From Nitrospirota bacterium (GTDB taxonomy: Bacteria > Nitrospirota > JACRHJ01): a DNA stretch of 64,000 nucleotides. Positions 38,860 through 49,802 of the stretch are shown one piece after another (the first letter of the stretch is position 1; the number at the start of each line of letters is the position of its first letter). The position numbers and the translations under genes are program-made. The notes under the pieces are model-generated. The model searched no databases. It was not told where the DNA came from and saw nothing but the letters and a program-made list of their open reading frames with translations. The stretch spans positions 1 to 64,000 of the forward strand of contig CAWJRJ010000017.1 of the NCBI GenBank assembly GCA_963845245.1. The letters are read 5' to 3'.

Positions 38860-41262
38860 ATGCGCATAAGCTACAACTGGCTGAAGGAATACGTTGACAC
38901 AGAGCTGACCGTTCAGCAGGTATCAGACAAGCTGACTATGGCTGGACTCGAGGTCGAGGGCCTGGAGTATCTGGGAGAAGGTATCGAGGGCGTCGTAGTC
39001 GGGAAGATACTCTCGATAAAGCCTCACCCGGACGCGGACAAGCTTACCGTATGCGAAGTTGATGCAGGCTCCGAGGTTCTCCAGATAGTATGCGGCGCGA
39101 AGAATATGAATGAGGGCGACAAAGTACCTCTGGCCGTTGCCGGCGCCAGGCTTCCGGGCGGGATCAAGATATCTAAGGGCAAACTGCGCGGCGTCGTATC
39201 CCATGGGATGCTCTGCTCCGAGAAGGAACTTGGACTCGCCAAGGACGCCCATGGGCTCATGATACTGCCGGAGGAAATGCCCACAGGCGAGAACATTGTA
39301 AAGGCGATCGGCCTCGACGACTGGGCGATGGAGATAAATGTCACGCCGAATCGCCCGGACTGCCTGAGCATAATAGGCATAGCCAGGGAGACCGCCGCCC
39401 TGACTCGCCGTCCGCTTAAGATACCCGACGCATCTCTGAATGAGACCGGCAGGCCCATAAAAGAGCTGGTCAAAGTTGAGGTGGAAGATGTCGAGGCATG
39501 CCCGCGCTATGCAGGGCGGGTCATTACCGGCGTAAAGGTGGGGCCGTCTCCTCAGTGGCTGCAGAGAAAGCTCCACGCAGTCGGGATAAGGTCTATAAAC
39601 AACATAGTCGACGTCACAAACTATGTAATGATAGAGATGGGACAGCCGCTGCACGCGTTCGATTACGACCTCCTTCAAGGCAAGAAGATTGTCGTGAGGG
39701 CCGCCGCTGAAGGCGAGGAGTTCACCACGCTTGACGGTGTGGAGCGGAAGCTTGCCGCCGGAATGCTCCTGATATGCGACGGCGAAAGGCCGGTCGCACT
39801 TGCCGGAGTGATGGGCGGGCAGAACTCCGAGGTCAGTTCCGGTACCGTAAACATATTCCTTGAATCCGCATACTTCAATCCCGGTAGCGTGAGGCGCACG
39901 GCCAAGAGACTGGGCCTGCACTCCGAGGCTTCGCACAGGTTTGAGCGCGGCACAGACCCTGAGGGTGTGATTGCAGCGGCGGACAGGGCTGCCGGATTGA
40001 TTGCCCAGCTTGCCGGAGGGGCGGTCGCTACCGGCCTGGCGGACGAGTACCCCAAAGCAATCGTGATGCCGGAAGTGGAGTTGAGGGTATCAAGGGTTGA
40101 GAAGGTGCTTGGTGCGAAGCTTGAAAAAGACGAGATAGAAGACATCGCCCATAGGCTCATGCTATCGGTCAAGGATATCGGCGAGGACACGCTCATGTTG
40201 CAGGCGCCCACGTTCAGGCCTGACCTGACTAGAGAGGCCGACATGATCGAAGAGGTCGCCAGGATATATGGATATGCAAAGATAAAAACCACCCTGCCGT
40301 CTTTTGTGATGGCTCCGGTGGAGCCGGACAGGACAAGGGACGCATCTGGCTCGGTCAGAGATGCCCTGCTTTTCTCCGGGTATGACCAGGTAGTTAATTA
40401 CAGCTTCATCAACCCAAAAGAGTTCGACCGCTTGAATCTGGCGGAAGACGATTACAGGCGGAAGGTTGTGTTGCTGCAGAACCCGCTGACTGTGGACCAG
40501 TCCGTCATGCGCAGCACCCTCGTACCCAGTCTTCTGAACAACCTGTCATGGAACTTCAGCCGCGGCGTGCGCGAGCTCAAGATATTCGAGATATCCAAGG
40601 TGTTCCACTCCGAGGGGCCGGGTCTCCCGAAGGAGCCGTTGAGGGTAGCGGCGCTTGCAACCGGACGGCGGACAGGCAGCCTGTGGGACGGGCAGGGCGG
40701 TATGGACTTCTTTGACATCAAGGGCACGGTGGAACTGCTCCTCGGCCAGATGAAGATCGAGGGTATGTTCAGGCCCGCACCGGACGTCCCGTTCCTGCAC
40801 CCGGGCAAATCGGCATGGGTGATGGTGGGCGGCAGGGAAGCGGGCTACCTGGGCCAGGTGCACCCGGACGTCATGAAGGAATACGACCTGCCTCTCGACG
40901 CGTTCGTATTCGAACTCGAACTCGAAGACCTGATCGAGGTTGAGGCCGTGGGGATTAAATTCCGTCAGCTCCCGAAGTATCCGGCGATAGAGAGGGATAT
41001 TGCGGCAATAGTCCCGGAGGACGTTTCATCGTTTAATATCATCAAGGCGATAGAATCGATGAAGCTCAGCCTCATGGAAGACATCAGGCTGTTCGACTAC
41101 TTTTCCGGGAGCCCGATACCGGAGGGCAGGAAGAGCCTAGCATACACGATAACATACCGTTCCCCGGAGCGTACGCTGACGGATGACGAAGTCAACGCGC
41201 AGCATCAGCTTGTCATGAATATGCTCAAAGAGCGCCTCGGCGCCGATATAAGGGAGCGGTAA
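38860..41262 (+). CDS. pheT: Phenylalanine-tRNA ligase beta subunit
   Basis: HPDADKL, TPNRPD, GQPLHAFD, RFERG, FDX-ACB C-terminus. Confidence 0.97.
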   Translation: MRISYNWLKEYVDTELTVQQVSDKLTMAGLEVEGLEYLGEGIEGVVVGKILSIKPHPDADKLTVCEVDAGSEVLQIVCGAKNMNEGDKVPLAVAGARLPGGIKISKGKLRGVVSHGMLCSEKELGLAKDAHGLMILPEEMPTGENIVKAIGLDDWAMEINVTPNRPDCLSIIGIARETAALTRRPLKIPDASLNETGRPIKELVKVEVEDVEACPRYAGRVITGVKVGPSPQWLQRKLHAVGIRSINNIVDVTNYVMIEMGQPLHAFDYDLLQGKKIVVRAAAEGEEFTTLDGVERKLAAGMLLICDGERPVALAGVMGGQNSEVSSGTVNIFLESAYFNPGSVRRTAKRLGLHSEASHRFERGTDPEGVIAAADRAAGLIAQLAGGAVATGLADEYPKAIVMPEVELRVSRVEKVLGAKLEKDEIEDIAHRLMLSVKDIGEDTLMLQAPTFRPDLTREADMIEEVARIYGYAKIKTTLPSFVMAPVEPDRTRDASGSVRDALLFSGYDQVVNYSFINPKEFDRLNLAEDDYRRKVVLLQNPLTVDQSVMRSTLVPSLLNNLSWNFSRGVRELKIFEISKVFHSEGPGLPKEPLRVAALATGRRTGSLWDGQGGMDFFDIKGTVELLLGQMKIEGMFRPAPDVPFLHPGKSAWVMVGGREAGYLGQVHPDVMKEYDLPLDAFVFELELEDLIEVEAVGIKFRQLPKYPAIERDIAAIVPEDVSSFNIIKAIESMKLSLMEDIRLFDYFSGSPIPEGRKSLAYTITYRSPERTLTDDEVNAQHQLVMNMLKERLGADIRER

Positions 41263-41828
41263 TGCTGAAAAGGTTCAAGCTGTTACTATGCCTGTTTACC
41301 GTTGCAGGTGTTTTCTTTTTTATGCTCCAGCCCGCCTTTGCCGGAGAAGCCAGGGAGAACAAGCTGTTCACGAAGGAGTTTGCGCTATTCGTGCAGGACA
41401 GGCTGAACAACGAAGTCAAGATACGGACAGACATCCGGGCTTTCATATTAAAGCACAAGGACAAGCTGAAGGACAACTTCGGCAAGCACCCCGAGCTTAT
41501 CCCGGCAATGTACGAGGCAGCCGGTATCGAGAGGGTCAATTGCATACAGGGCAAATATTGGGACGAATTCACCCAGAAGCTCAACAACGAAGAACGGCAT
41601 TTCTTTTATGAGACGGCCCAGAAGCTCGACTGGTGGGTGATGATGATAGCGGTCGAGGAGGCCGACCAGACGGGCGTTTACAAGAGGTCCCCTCCCATTC
41701 AGTTCAGGCTTCTGACGGACGTCCCGTTTTATATCGGGCTTACGATGCGCGACGACATAAAGCGGTTTCTTGAGGCTGAACCACAGCCTGACGATACGTA
41801 CAGCTACAACAAACTGAAATGTGACTGA
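41262..41828 (+). CDS. Hypothetical exported protein
   Basis: Signal peptide ending AFA; overlaps both neighbouring genes. Confidence 0.65.
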   Translation: MLKRFKLLLCLFTVAGVFFFMLQPAFAGEARENKLFTKEFALFVQDRLNNEVKIRTDIRAFILKHKDKLKDNFGKHPELIPAMYEAAGIERVNCIQGKYWDEFTQKLNNEERHFFYETAQKLDWWVMMIAVEEADQTGVYKRSPPIQFRLLTDVPFYIGLTMRDDIKRFLEAEPQPDDTYSYNKLKCD

Positions 41829-41829
41829 G

Positions 41830-42150
41830 ATGGACAAGATCGTAGTCCTGATAACAACCTCCAATATGGACGAGGCTGCGAAGATCGGCCGCGCTCTGGT
41901 GGATGAGGGGCTTGCGGCCTGCGCGAACATCGTCGAGGGCGTCCGTTCCATATACAGGTGGAAGGGCGAGGTCTGCGACGACCGGGAATGCCTGATGGTG
42001 GTAAAGACCACTGTGGCAAACTTCGATGCAATGGAAAAGCGGGTTCGGGAACTGCACAGCTACGAGGTCCCGGAGGTCATAGCCCTTCCGATAGTAAAAG
42101 GTTCCAAACCCTACCTCGACTGGGTAGAGGAAAACTCACGCATTGGTTAA
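41830..42150 (+). CDS. cutA: Divalent-cation tolerance protein CutA
   Basis: LAACANI, SIYRWKG, LHSYEVPE. Confidence 0.92.
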   Translation: MDKIVVLITTSNMDEAAKIGRALVDEGLAACANIVEGVRSIYRWKGEVCDDRECLMVVKTTVANFDAMEKRVRELHSYEVPEVIALPIVKGSKPYLDWVEENSRIG

Positions 42151-43501
42151 TCCGAAGTTCACGCACCCCTGGCCGGACAATTACAGGGATGCCGTAGATA
42201 TCCAGGAAAAGTACAAGTCTCGCCTAATCATCGAAAACCGCACCAAAAAAATAAAATATGTGGCAGGCGCGGACGTCTCCTACTCCAAGGGAAGCGACAA
42301 GATATATTCTTCAGTGGTTGTGATGACCTATCCCGGAATGGAAGTGGTGGAGGAGGCCTGGGCCGAAGGCATAAGCGGTTTCCCGTACATCCCGGGCGTG
42401 CTCTCGTTCCGAGAGGGCCCCATCGTCCTCAATGCCTTTGCGAAGCTTAGTACAAAGCCTGACCTTCTGATTTTCGACGGACAAGGAATCGCCCACCCTC
42501 GCGGCTTCGGACTTGCGTCACACATGGGCGTCCTGCTCGACATACCGTCCATCGGCTGCGCTAAGACTGTGCTCGTCGGCAAGTATGACGAGCCTGCCGT
42601 CTCACGCGGATCAAAATCCCCCATGGTCTACAAAGGCAGTACCGTCGGCTTTGCGCTTCGGACGAAGGACAACGTGAACCCGGTATTCGTCTCAGTGGGG
42701 CACAAGGTAGACATTGAGTTCGCATGCAATGCGGTGCTCGAATGTGCGAAAGGATACAGGCTGCCGGAGCCTACCCGCAGGGCGCATATACTGGTGAATA
42801 AGATCAGGAAAGAATCCCAGGAAGCCCTCACCCCCGGCCCCTCCCCCGCAGGTGGAGAGGGGGGTAAAGGGCTATTAGATATCTATCATGTCTTACTTGC
42901 CCATTACGGCCCACAGCACTGGTGGCCGGGTGAGACGCCATTTGAGGTGATGGTGGGCGCGATACTGACACAGAACACGAACTGGCAGAATGTGGAGAAG
43001 GCGATAGTTAACCTCAAGAAGGCGGGCGTTTTGTCGGCAAAGGCAATCCATGAGATGCCGGAGCCTGAGCTTGCAGAGCTTATAAGGCCGTCCGGCTATT
43101 TCAACATAAAGGCGAAAAGGCTCAAGGCGTTCATCGGTTATTTCATGGCCCGGTACGGTGGGAGCATAAAGCGGATGAAGGGCGTGGACTGCGGAGTGCT
43201 TCGTGAAGAGGTGCTTGCCGTGAACGGCATAGGCCCGGAGACGGCGGACTCGATATTGCTGTATGCGCTCGGATGCCCGACGTTCGTCGTGGACGCCTAC
43301 ACAAAGCGTATATTCTCGCGTCATGGCTTCATCCCGGAGACGGCGGACTACCACGAGGTACAGAAGTACTTCACCGACCGCCTGCCGAAGGACGTGCAGC
43401 TATATAACGAGTACCACGCACTTATCGTCCGCCTCGCCAAGGACAAATGCCTGAAGAAAGCGGGACAGTGTGAGCTGTGCCTGCTGATGAGGGAAGAGTA
43501 A
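42143..43501 (+). CDS. nfi: Endonuclease V fused to an endonuclease III-like (HhH-GPD) domain
   Basis: FPYIPGVLSFRE, DGQGIAHPR, YRLPEPTR; then WWP, GAILTQNTNW, GIGPETAD, EYHALIV. Confidence 0.85.
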   Translation: MVNPKFTHPWPDNYRDAVDIQEKYKSRLIIENRTKKIKYVAGADVSYSKGSDKIYSSVVVMTYPGMEVVEEAWAEGISGFPYIPGVLSFREGPIVLNAFAKLSTKPDLLIFDGQGIAHPRGFGLASHMGVLLDIPSIGCAKTVLVGKYDEPAVSRGSKSPMVYKGSTVGFALRTKDNVNPVFVSVGHKVDIEFACNAVLECAKGYRLPEPTRRAHILVNKIRKESQEALTPGPSPAGGEGGKGLLDIYHVLLAHYGPQHWWPGETPFEVMVGAILTQNTNWQNVEKAIVNLKKAGVLSAKAIHEMPEPELAELIRPSGYFNIKAKRLKAFIGYFMARYGGSIKRMKGVDCGVLREEVLAVNGIGPETADSILLYALGCPTFVVDAYTKRIFSRHGFIPETADYHEVQKYFTDRLPKDVQLYNEYHALIVRLAKDKCLKKAGQCELCLLMREE

Positions 43502-43506
43502 GACCT

Positions 43507-43908
43507 TTAATGCAGATTCAGCTTCAGGTCTTTTGTGATTTCTTTGAAATGTTTATCGAGTGTCAGGATTGAATAGTTGTGGTATTGCGCAAGGACAGCG
43601 ATGTAGCAATCAGAAAGGCTGGGCGTCTTGCCTGACCTGCGAAGCCTGAATGAAAGCTCACCGGCAGCCCCCCACAAACCAGTAGGTTCTTCCTGAAATT
43701 CGAAAACCTGACTGAAATTTCTCAGCCCGGCTAGCTCCTTATCAGTTTTCGCCCCTTGCATCAGTTCGGCAAGTATCAGGCCGCAGCAGGCGACACGGTC
43801 TTGATTTATCAGATCCGTCACTTGGCTGTAATGAGGTTCTTTCTTCCTGAGGTACGCAATCCAGGCCGAAGTATCGACGAGGATTTTACCCGAGCCGCCT
43901 GTCTTCAT
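43507..43908 (-). CDS. vapC: VapC PIN-domain toxin
   Basis: ILVDTSAWI, ELMQG, DCYIA, TLDKHF. Confidence 0.88.
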   Translation of the reverse strand: MKTGGSGKILVDTSAWIAYLRKKEPHYSQVTDLINQDRVACCGLILAELMQGAKTDKELAGLRNFSQVFEFQEEPTGLWGAAGELSFRLRRSGKTPSLSDCYIAVLAQYHNYSILTLDKHFKEITKDLKLNLH

Positions 43909-44095
43909 GTCTAAGATTCTCGACCCCTTCAATGAATTCAAAGTTACCGGCCATGGCCAGTATATCGTTCTTCTTCTTCAATTTAATCTCATCCTTGATT
44001 GCCCTGACTACGGCCTCCGTCTTGCTCTTTGAAGGGAGGACCTCAAGCAGTTCGTCGATAAGCTCATTGGGTAATGTTATGGTTATTCTTGACAT
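43886..44095 (-). CDS. vapB: VapB-like RHH antitoxin
   Basis: RITITLP...SKTEAV; overlaps vapC. Confidence 0.8.
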   Translation of the reverse strand: MSRITITLPNELIDELLEVLPSKSKTEAVVRAIKDEIKLKKKNDILAMAGNFEFIEGVENLRHEDRRLG

Positions 44096-44221
44096 ATATA
44101 TTCTCCATAATAATTGTACATAAAAATTATAACAAATTTCATGCGAAAGTCAATCTTCTTATAGTATTTACTTTTCCGTTTTTTTTCTGTATATTTCCTA
44201 AAATTTAAAAAAGAGGTTTCT

Positions 44222-44779
44222 ATGGATAGTAATTCCGAACAGGATAAAATCAAAGTATTCTTAAACTCCCTCGCGTCATCCGTTATCCATGCGATAAAGG
44301 ACGGCACCGCTGAGGACCGCGCGAGGCTTGCCGAGGCGTTTAACAAGATGATGGCGGAGATGCCGGCGGAGGCGGCTGAGGAGAAGGAGTTCCTGACTGC
44401 GCTGGTGGGACTGCTGCAAGGGAAGCCCGCAACCTCCGAGAGTCTGACCGGTTTTTACGACGCGGTATACAATAAGATTGTCGAGAAGGTGATGGACACC
44501 GGCAAAAAGGCTACTCCGGGCGCTGACAACGAGATGCGCGAGTTCCTGACACAGTTGTCCGCATCCGTAGTGCTGGTGAAGCGCACCGGTTCGCCTGAGG
44601 ACAAAAAAGCCCTTGTCGCGAAACTTCACGATATACAGATGTCACTCCCGGACGACAAAGGCGACGAGGCCATGTTCGTACTGGCCCTTGCAGCCATTCT
44701 AGAGGGCAATCCTTTCCTCCCGGACACCCTCCCGGAACCCTATTCCCACGTATACCGTAAGCTTTTAACTAGTATTTAG
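44222..44779 (+). CDS. Hypothetical helical protein with two internal repeats
   Basis: Two ~85-aa repeats (FL..L..SV...G..ED...L...E..F..AL..L.G.P....L...Y..VY.K). Confidence 0.7.
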   Translation: MDSNSEQDKIKVFLNSLASSVIHAIKDGTAEDRARLAEAFNKMMAEMPAEAAEEKEFLTALVGLLQGKPATSESLTGFYDAVYNKIVEKVMDTGKKATPGADNEMREFLTQLSASVVLVKRTGSPEDKKALVAKLHDIQMSLPDDKGDEAMFVLALAAILEGNPFLPDTLPEPYSHVYRKLLTSI

Positions 44780-44879
44780 GAATCGGCATTGATAAGTAAA
44801 GCGAGATTAAAAGACTTGACATAGGCACACCCGTGTGGTAAAAAAACTGTGTATTTTTTGAAGGGAGGGCTGTCTACTA

Positions 44880-45839
44880 TTGGTTAAAAGGTTTCTAGAG
44901 TACTGCACTCGTCTCAAAAAAAATTATACTGCCGGGAAAAAAGAGTACTTCACCATCGTCATACTGCCCGGGCCCAACTCAAAGGTCCGTAAGTTCAGCA
45001 TCTCGAAGACTCTCCTTAAGAATACCGGAATGGCGGTCCTGGCCGGGATACTTGTGTCCACGGTCATGTTCGGCGAATACTTCCACATGCGGGGCAAGGT
45101 GTGGGAGCTCGATTCTCTGCGTTCCCAGACCCAACAGCAGGGCGAGCAGTTAAAGCAGTTCGCTGGCAACATCGTCGACATGAAGAGCCAGATGGCGCAG
45201 CTCAAGTCTCTGAGCGACAGGCTGAACTCCGTTGCCAACGTCAGTGGGCGCGACAAGAAGCAGCAGTTTCTGGGCATTGGCGGCTCGAGCGAGATGAGCA
45301 CCGTCAACCTCGATGAGCTTGGCAAGAAGACCCACAAGGAACAGCTCGAGCAGATGTCCCAGGAGCTTGATGCCCTGAAGAACGAAGCCGCGCGTCAGGA
45401 AAGCGGCATGAAAAGGCTCACCGAATATTTCGAGCACAGGAACTCCATCATTTCATCCACACCGAATATCTGGCCGGTCCATGGCTTCATAACATCCGAG
45501 TTTGGAAAAAGAACGTCACCCATATACGGCACAGAGCAGTTCCATCAGGGTTTGGACATTGCGAATGCTATAGGGACCCCTGTAGTGGCGCCAGCCAACG
45601 GCACCGTTTCGGAGACCGGCTACAATTCAGGGTATGGTCATTACATAATGATACAGCACGGCTACGGGATGGTAACACTTTACGGACACCTCTCAAAGGT
45701 GGACGTGCACGACGGCCAGAGGGTAAAGAAGGGAGACCTTATTGGGAACGTGGGCAACACCGGCAGTTCGACCGGCCCGCACCTCCACTATGAGGTAAGG
45801 ATAAACGGCGTCCCGACAAATCCGCGCAAATACATCTAA
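44880..45839 (+). CDS. M23 family peptidase
   Basis: Coiled coil, then HQGLD, YGHL, STGPHLHYEV. Confidence 0.92.
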   Translation: MVKRFLEYCTRLKKNYTAGKKEYFTIVILPGPNSKVRKFSISKTLLKNTGMAVLAGILVSTVMFGEYFHMRGKVWELDSLRSQTQQQGEQLKQFAGNIVDMKSQMAQLKSLSDRLNSVANVSGRDKKQQFLGIGGSSEMSTVNLDELGKKTHKEQLEQMSQELDALKNEAARQESGMKRLTEYFEHRNSIISSTPNIWPVHGFITSEFGKRTSPIYGTEQFHQGLDIANAIGTPVVAPANGTVSETGYNSGYGHYIMIQHGYGMVTLYGHLSKVDVHDGQRVKKGDLIGNVGNTGSSTGPHLHYEVRINGVPTNPRKYI

Positions 45840-45909
45840 GCTTTACTTGCAGGAAGAGGGAGAATAGGGTCTCCCTCATGTTTATAGTATCATTGAAAGG
45901 GGTAGTAGA

Positions 45910-46110
45910 ATGGCGACTGGAAAGGTGAAGTGGTTTAATGCCTCCAAGGGCTACGGTTTCATCGAGCAGGACAACGGTGAGGATGTTTTCGTGCATTTCT
46001 CCCAGATACAGGACGAAGGCTTCAAGACCCTGAACGAGGGCCAGAGCGTTACGTTCGACGTATCCGAAGGAGAGAAGGGTCTCCAGGCGAGGAACGTACA
46101 GAAGTTATAA
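45910..46110 (+). CDS. Cold-shock protein
   Basis: GKVKWFN, KGYGFI, DVFVHFS. Confidence 0.95.
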   Translation: MATGKVKWFNASKGYGFIEQDNGEDVFVHFSQIQDEGFKTLNEGQSVTFDVSEGEKGLQARNVQKL

Positions 46111-46130
46111 TCGATAATAAAAAAAACACA

Positions 46131-46169
46131 AAAACCCCGGCCGGGAACACTTCCGACCGGGGTTTTTTT
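46131..46169 (+). terminator. Intrinsic terminator
   Basis: AAAACCCCGG...CCGGGGTTTTTTT. Confidence 0.8.
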
Positions 46170-46303
46170 ATCCCTGACGCCAGACTAGAAATATCCAGAA
46201 ATATATGGAGATTTACGGCCGGATTATGTATAATGCTATATTCTGGCAATGGCCGGATGGTTTCTGATTTAATCAATAACAACAATAATTTGCCGGATAA
46301 AAA

Positions 46304-48947
46304 ATGATAACATCCTTGATAAGCAAGCTAGTAGGTACCAAGAACGACAGGGAACTGAAAAGGGTCCAGCCGCTCGTAGCGAAGATAAATTCCTTCGAGC
46401 CGCAGATCAAGCACCTTGATGATACTCAGCTCAAGGCGAAGACTGCCGAGTTCAAAGAGCGTATTGCCGCGGGCGCAACGCTTGACGACCTTCTGCCCGA
46501 GGCCTTCGCCGTGGCAAGGGAGGCATCGAAGCGCGTGCTGGGCATGCGCCATTTCGACGTCCAGTTGATAGGCGGCATAATGCTGCACGAGGGCAAGATA
46601 GCCGAGATGAGGACCGGCGAGGGCAAGACGCTTGTCGCCACGCTCCCGGTATACCTGAACGCACTTGAGGGGCGCGGGGTGCACGTCGTAACGGTCAACG
46701 ACTACCTGGCAAGGCGCGACTCCCAGTGGATGGGCGAGATATACCGCTTCCTCGGGCTTAGCGTGGGGGTCATCGTCCACGACCTGGACGACCACGAGAG
46801 GCAGGAGGCCTACGGCAGCGACGTAACATACGGTACGAACAACGAGTTCGGTTTCGACTACCTCCGCGACAACATGAAGTTCGACCTCGCGGACTACGTC
46901 CAGCGGGAGCTGAACTATTCGATAGTGGACGAGGTGGACAGCATACTCATCGACGAGGCCAGGACTCCGCTCATCATCTCCGGCCCTTCGGAGGAATCCA
47001 CTGACCTCTACTACCGCGTGAACGAGATAATACCGCGCCTGAAACCCGTGGAAGATTATACCATCGAGGAGAAGACCAAGACCGCCGCGCTTACGGACGA
47101 GGGCAATGTGAAGGTCGAGCGCGCGCTTGGAGTAGGCAACCTGTACGACCCGGAAAACATCGAGTTCGTCCACCATGTGAACCAGGCGCTGAAGGCCCAC
47201 GCGATGTACAAGAGGGACGTGGACTACGTGGTGAAGGACGGCGAGGTGATAATCGTCGACGACTTCACCGGCCGTCTCATGCCGGGCAGGCGCTGGAGCG
47301 ACGGGCTGCACCAGGCCGTCGAGGCCAAGGAGGGCGTCAAGATTGAGTCGGAGAACCAGACGCTCGCCACCATCACATTCCAGAACTACTTCAGGATGTA
47401 CAACAAGCTTGCGGGTATGACCGGCACCGCCGATACCGAGGCCGCCGAGTTCGCGAAGATATACAACCTCGACGTCATGGTGATCCCGCCCAATATGCCG
47501 ATGATAAGGAAAGACAACCCGGACTCGGTGTACAAGACGATGCGCGAGAAGTACAACGCCGTGGCGGACGAGGTCATAGAGTGCCACAAGAAGGGCCAGC
47601 CGGTACTGGTCGGCACGATATCTATAGAAAAATCGGAACTGGTCGCATCCCTTCTGAAGAAGAAGGGCATGCCGCATAACGTATTGAACGCCAAGTTCCA
47701 TGAGAAAGAGGCCGAGATAGTGGCGCAGGCAGGCCGCCTCGGGCAGGTAACGATTGCGACCAATATGGCCGGCCGCGGCACCGACATACTCCTTGGCGGC
47801 AACCCGAAGATGCTCGCGCACCAGGAGCTTCTAAGCCGTGAACTTGACCCGGATGAGGTCGAGCCTGCAGGTGCTTGAAGAGGCAATCGCCAGGATGAAG
47901 GCCGTCACGGACGAGGAGCACAAGAAGGTGGTTGCTGCCGGCGGGCTGCACATAATCGGCACCGAACGGCACGAATCGCGCCGCATCGACAACCAGCTTC
48001 GGGGCCGCTCCGGCAGGCAGGGTGACCCCGGCTCGTCGAGGTTCTTCCTCTCCCTTGAAGACGACCTTCTGCGCATATTCGGATCGGAACGCATCGCCGG
48101 AATAATGGAGAAGCTCGGCATGGAGGAGGGCGTCCCGATCGAGGCCCGTATGGTGTCGAAGGCTATCGAGAACGCACAGAAGAAGGTCGAGGCGCACAAC
48201 TTCGACATCAGGAAGCAGCTCATAGAATATGACGACGTGATGAACAAACAGCGCAGCGTCATCTACGAGCAGAGGCGGCAGGTACTGGGCAGCGACGACC
48301 TGAAACAGGATGTTGTAGAGATGATAGAGGACTACGCCGACCAAATACTTCCCGCCTTCTGCGAACAGGGCAAACACCCTGAGGAATGGGACATGGGTGG
48401 GCTGGCCGACCTGGTGAAGAAGCAGTTCGGGGTACAGCTTGATGATGCGGCGTTAAAAGAACAGCTTAACCTCGACTCACTGAGGGAAAGCCTCTCCATA
48501 ACCCTTAAGGACGCATACGAGAGGAAGGAGAAGGACCTAGGTCCTGACTTCCTCAGATACCTTGAAAAACGAGTGCTGCTGGACATGATAGACTCGCTCT
48601 GGAAAGAGCACCTTCTTAACATGGACCACTTAAAGGAGGGCATAGGGCTTCGCGGCTACGGCCAGAAGGACCCGCTTGTGGAGTACAAGAAAGAGGGCTT
48701 CGCCATGTTCATGGACATGGTTAACAGGATAAAATCTGACACGCTCGAGCGTCTGTACCGCGTCCAGGTGGTGCGCCAGGAAGCGGCTATGGAGACCGAG
48801 ACCAGGCGCAAGCCCCAGAGGATAACCCTGAACCGCGGTGACGGCGAAGAGGTAAAGAAGCCTGCCAAGGCGGAGAACAGGGTGGGCAGAAACGATCCCT
48901 GCCCCTGCGGTTCTGGGAAGAAATATAAGAAGTGTCACGGAAAATAG
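46304..48947 (+). CDS. secA: Preprotein translocase SecA (frameshift near 47865)
   Basis: [34 protein letters not shown]-terminal [13 protein letters not shown]. Confidence 0.97.
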
Positions 48948-48959
48948 CACGAGGTGCCT

Positions 48960-49802
48960 ATGAAACATAAGATCGCGGGCATACAGATGTCATGCTCGGA
49001 AAGCACTGAGAGGAACCTGAACAAGGCCTCCGAGATGGCCGAGTACGCGCTTGAGGGCGGCGCTAAGATCATCGCCTTCCAGCAGCTTATGCACCTCCCT
49101 TGGTTCCTCGACGAGCACGACGAGAAAAGGTTCTCATACGCCGAGGACGAGGACGGCCCGCTTCTTACGAAGATGAGGGACATTGCAGCCAAAGGCTGCG
49201 CGGTAATAATCTGCCCGGTATTCGAGAAATCAGGCGGCAACTATTACAACACGGCCTTCGTGATAGACTCCGACGGCAGCATCGCCGGAAAGTACAGGAA
49301 GGTGCATATCCCGGACATACCTCTCTGGCGCGAGAAGTCTTATTTTTCGCCCGGAGACATGGGGTTCCCGGTAATCAAGACCGCATACGGCAATATCGGC
49401 GTGCAGCTCTGCTGGGACGCATTCTTCCCGGAAGGGTTCAGGGCACTCTCGCTTAAAGGCGCGCAGCTGATTGTGGCCCCCACCGCCGCCGCGTTTGCGT
49501 CCGCGCCAAGGTGGGAGAAGGTCCTTACCGCCGCGGCGATCACCAACGGGGTGTATATCTTCCGGGTGAACAGGGTGGGCGGCAACGACCGGCAGAAGTT
49601 CTACGGCAAAAGCTTCCTGATAAACCCGTTCGGCGAGATAACAATAGAACCTACCGGCAAGAGCGACGCGGTGCTTTTTGCGGACGTGGACTTCGACGAG
49701 ATAAAAGAGGCGCGGGAAGTTTGGAACTTTCTTGGCGACCGCAGGCCCGAGCATTACGGGGACCTATCTGGGAGGCGTTTCGTAAGATATGGTTTGGTTT
49801 AA
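48960..49802 (+). CDS. Nitrilase/carbon-nitrogen hydrolase family protein
   Basis: [25 protein letters not shown]; reads FQQL where the catalytic Glu (xQEL) is expected. Confidence 0.85.
   Translation: MKHKIAGIQMSCSESTERNLNKASEMAEYALEGGAKIIAFQQLMHLPWFLDEHDEKRFSYAEDEDGPLLTKMRDIAAKGCAVIICPVFEKSGGNYYNTAFVIDSDGSIAGKYRKVHIPDIPLWREKSYFSPGDMGFPVIKTAYGNIGVQLCWDAFFPEGFRALSLKGAQLIVAPTAAAFASAPRWEKVLTAAAITNGVYIFRVNRVGGNDRQKFYGKSFLINPFGEITIEPTGKSDAVLFADVDFDEIKEAREVWNFLGDRRPEHYGDLSGRRFVRYGLV

Noticed and set aside
46304..48947. Programmed frameshifting or a split secA
   Set aside because: No slippery site or stimulator; matches the window-wide indel error pattern.
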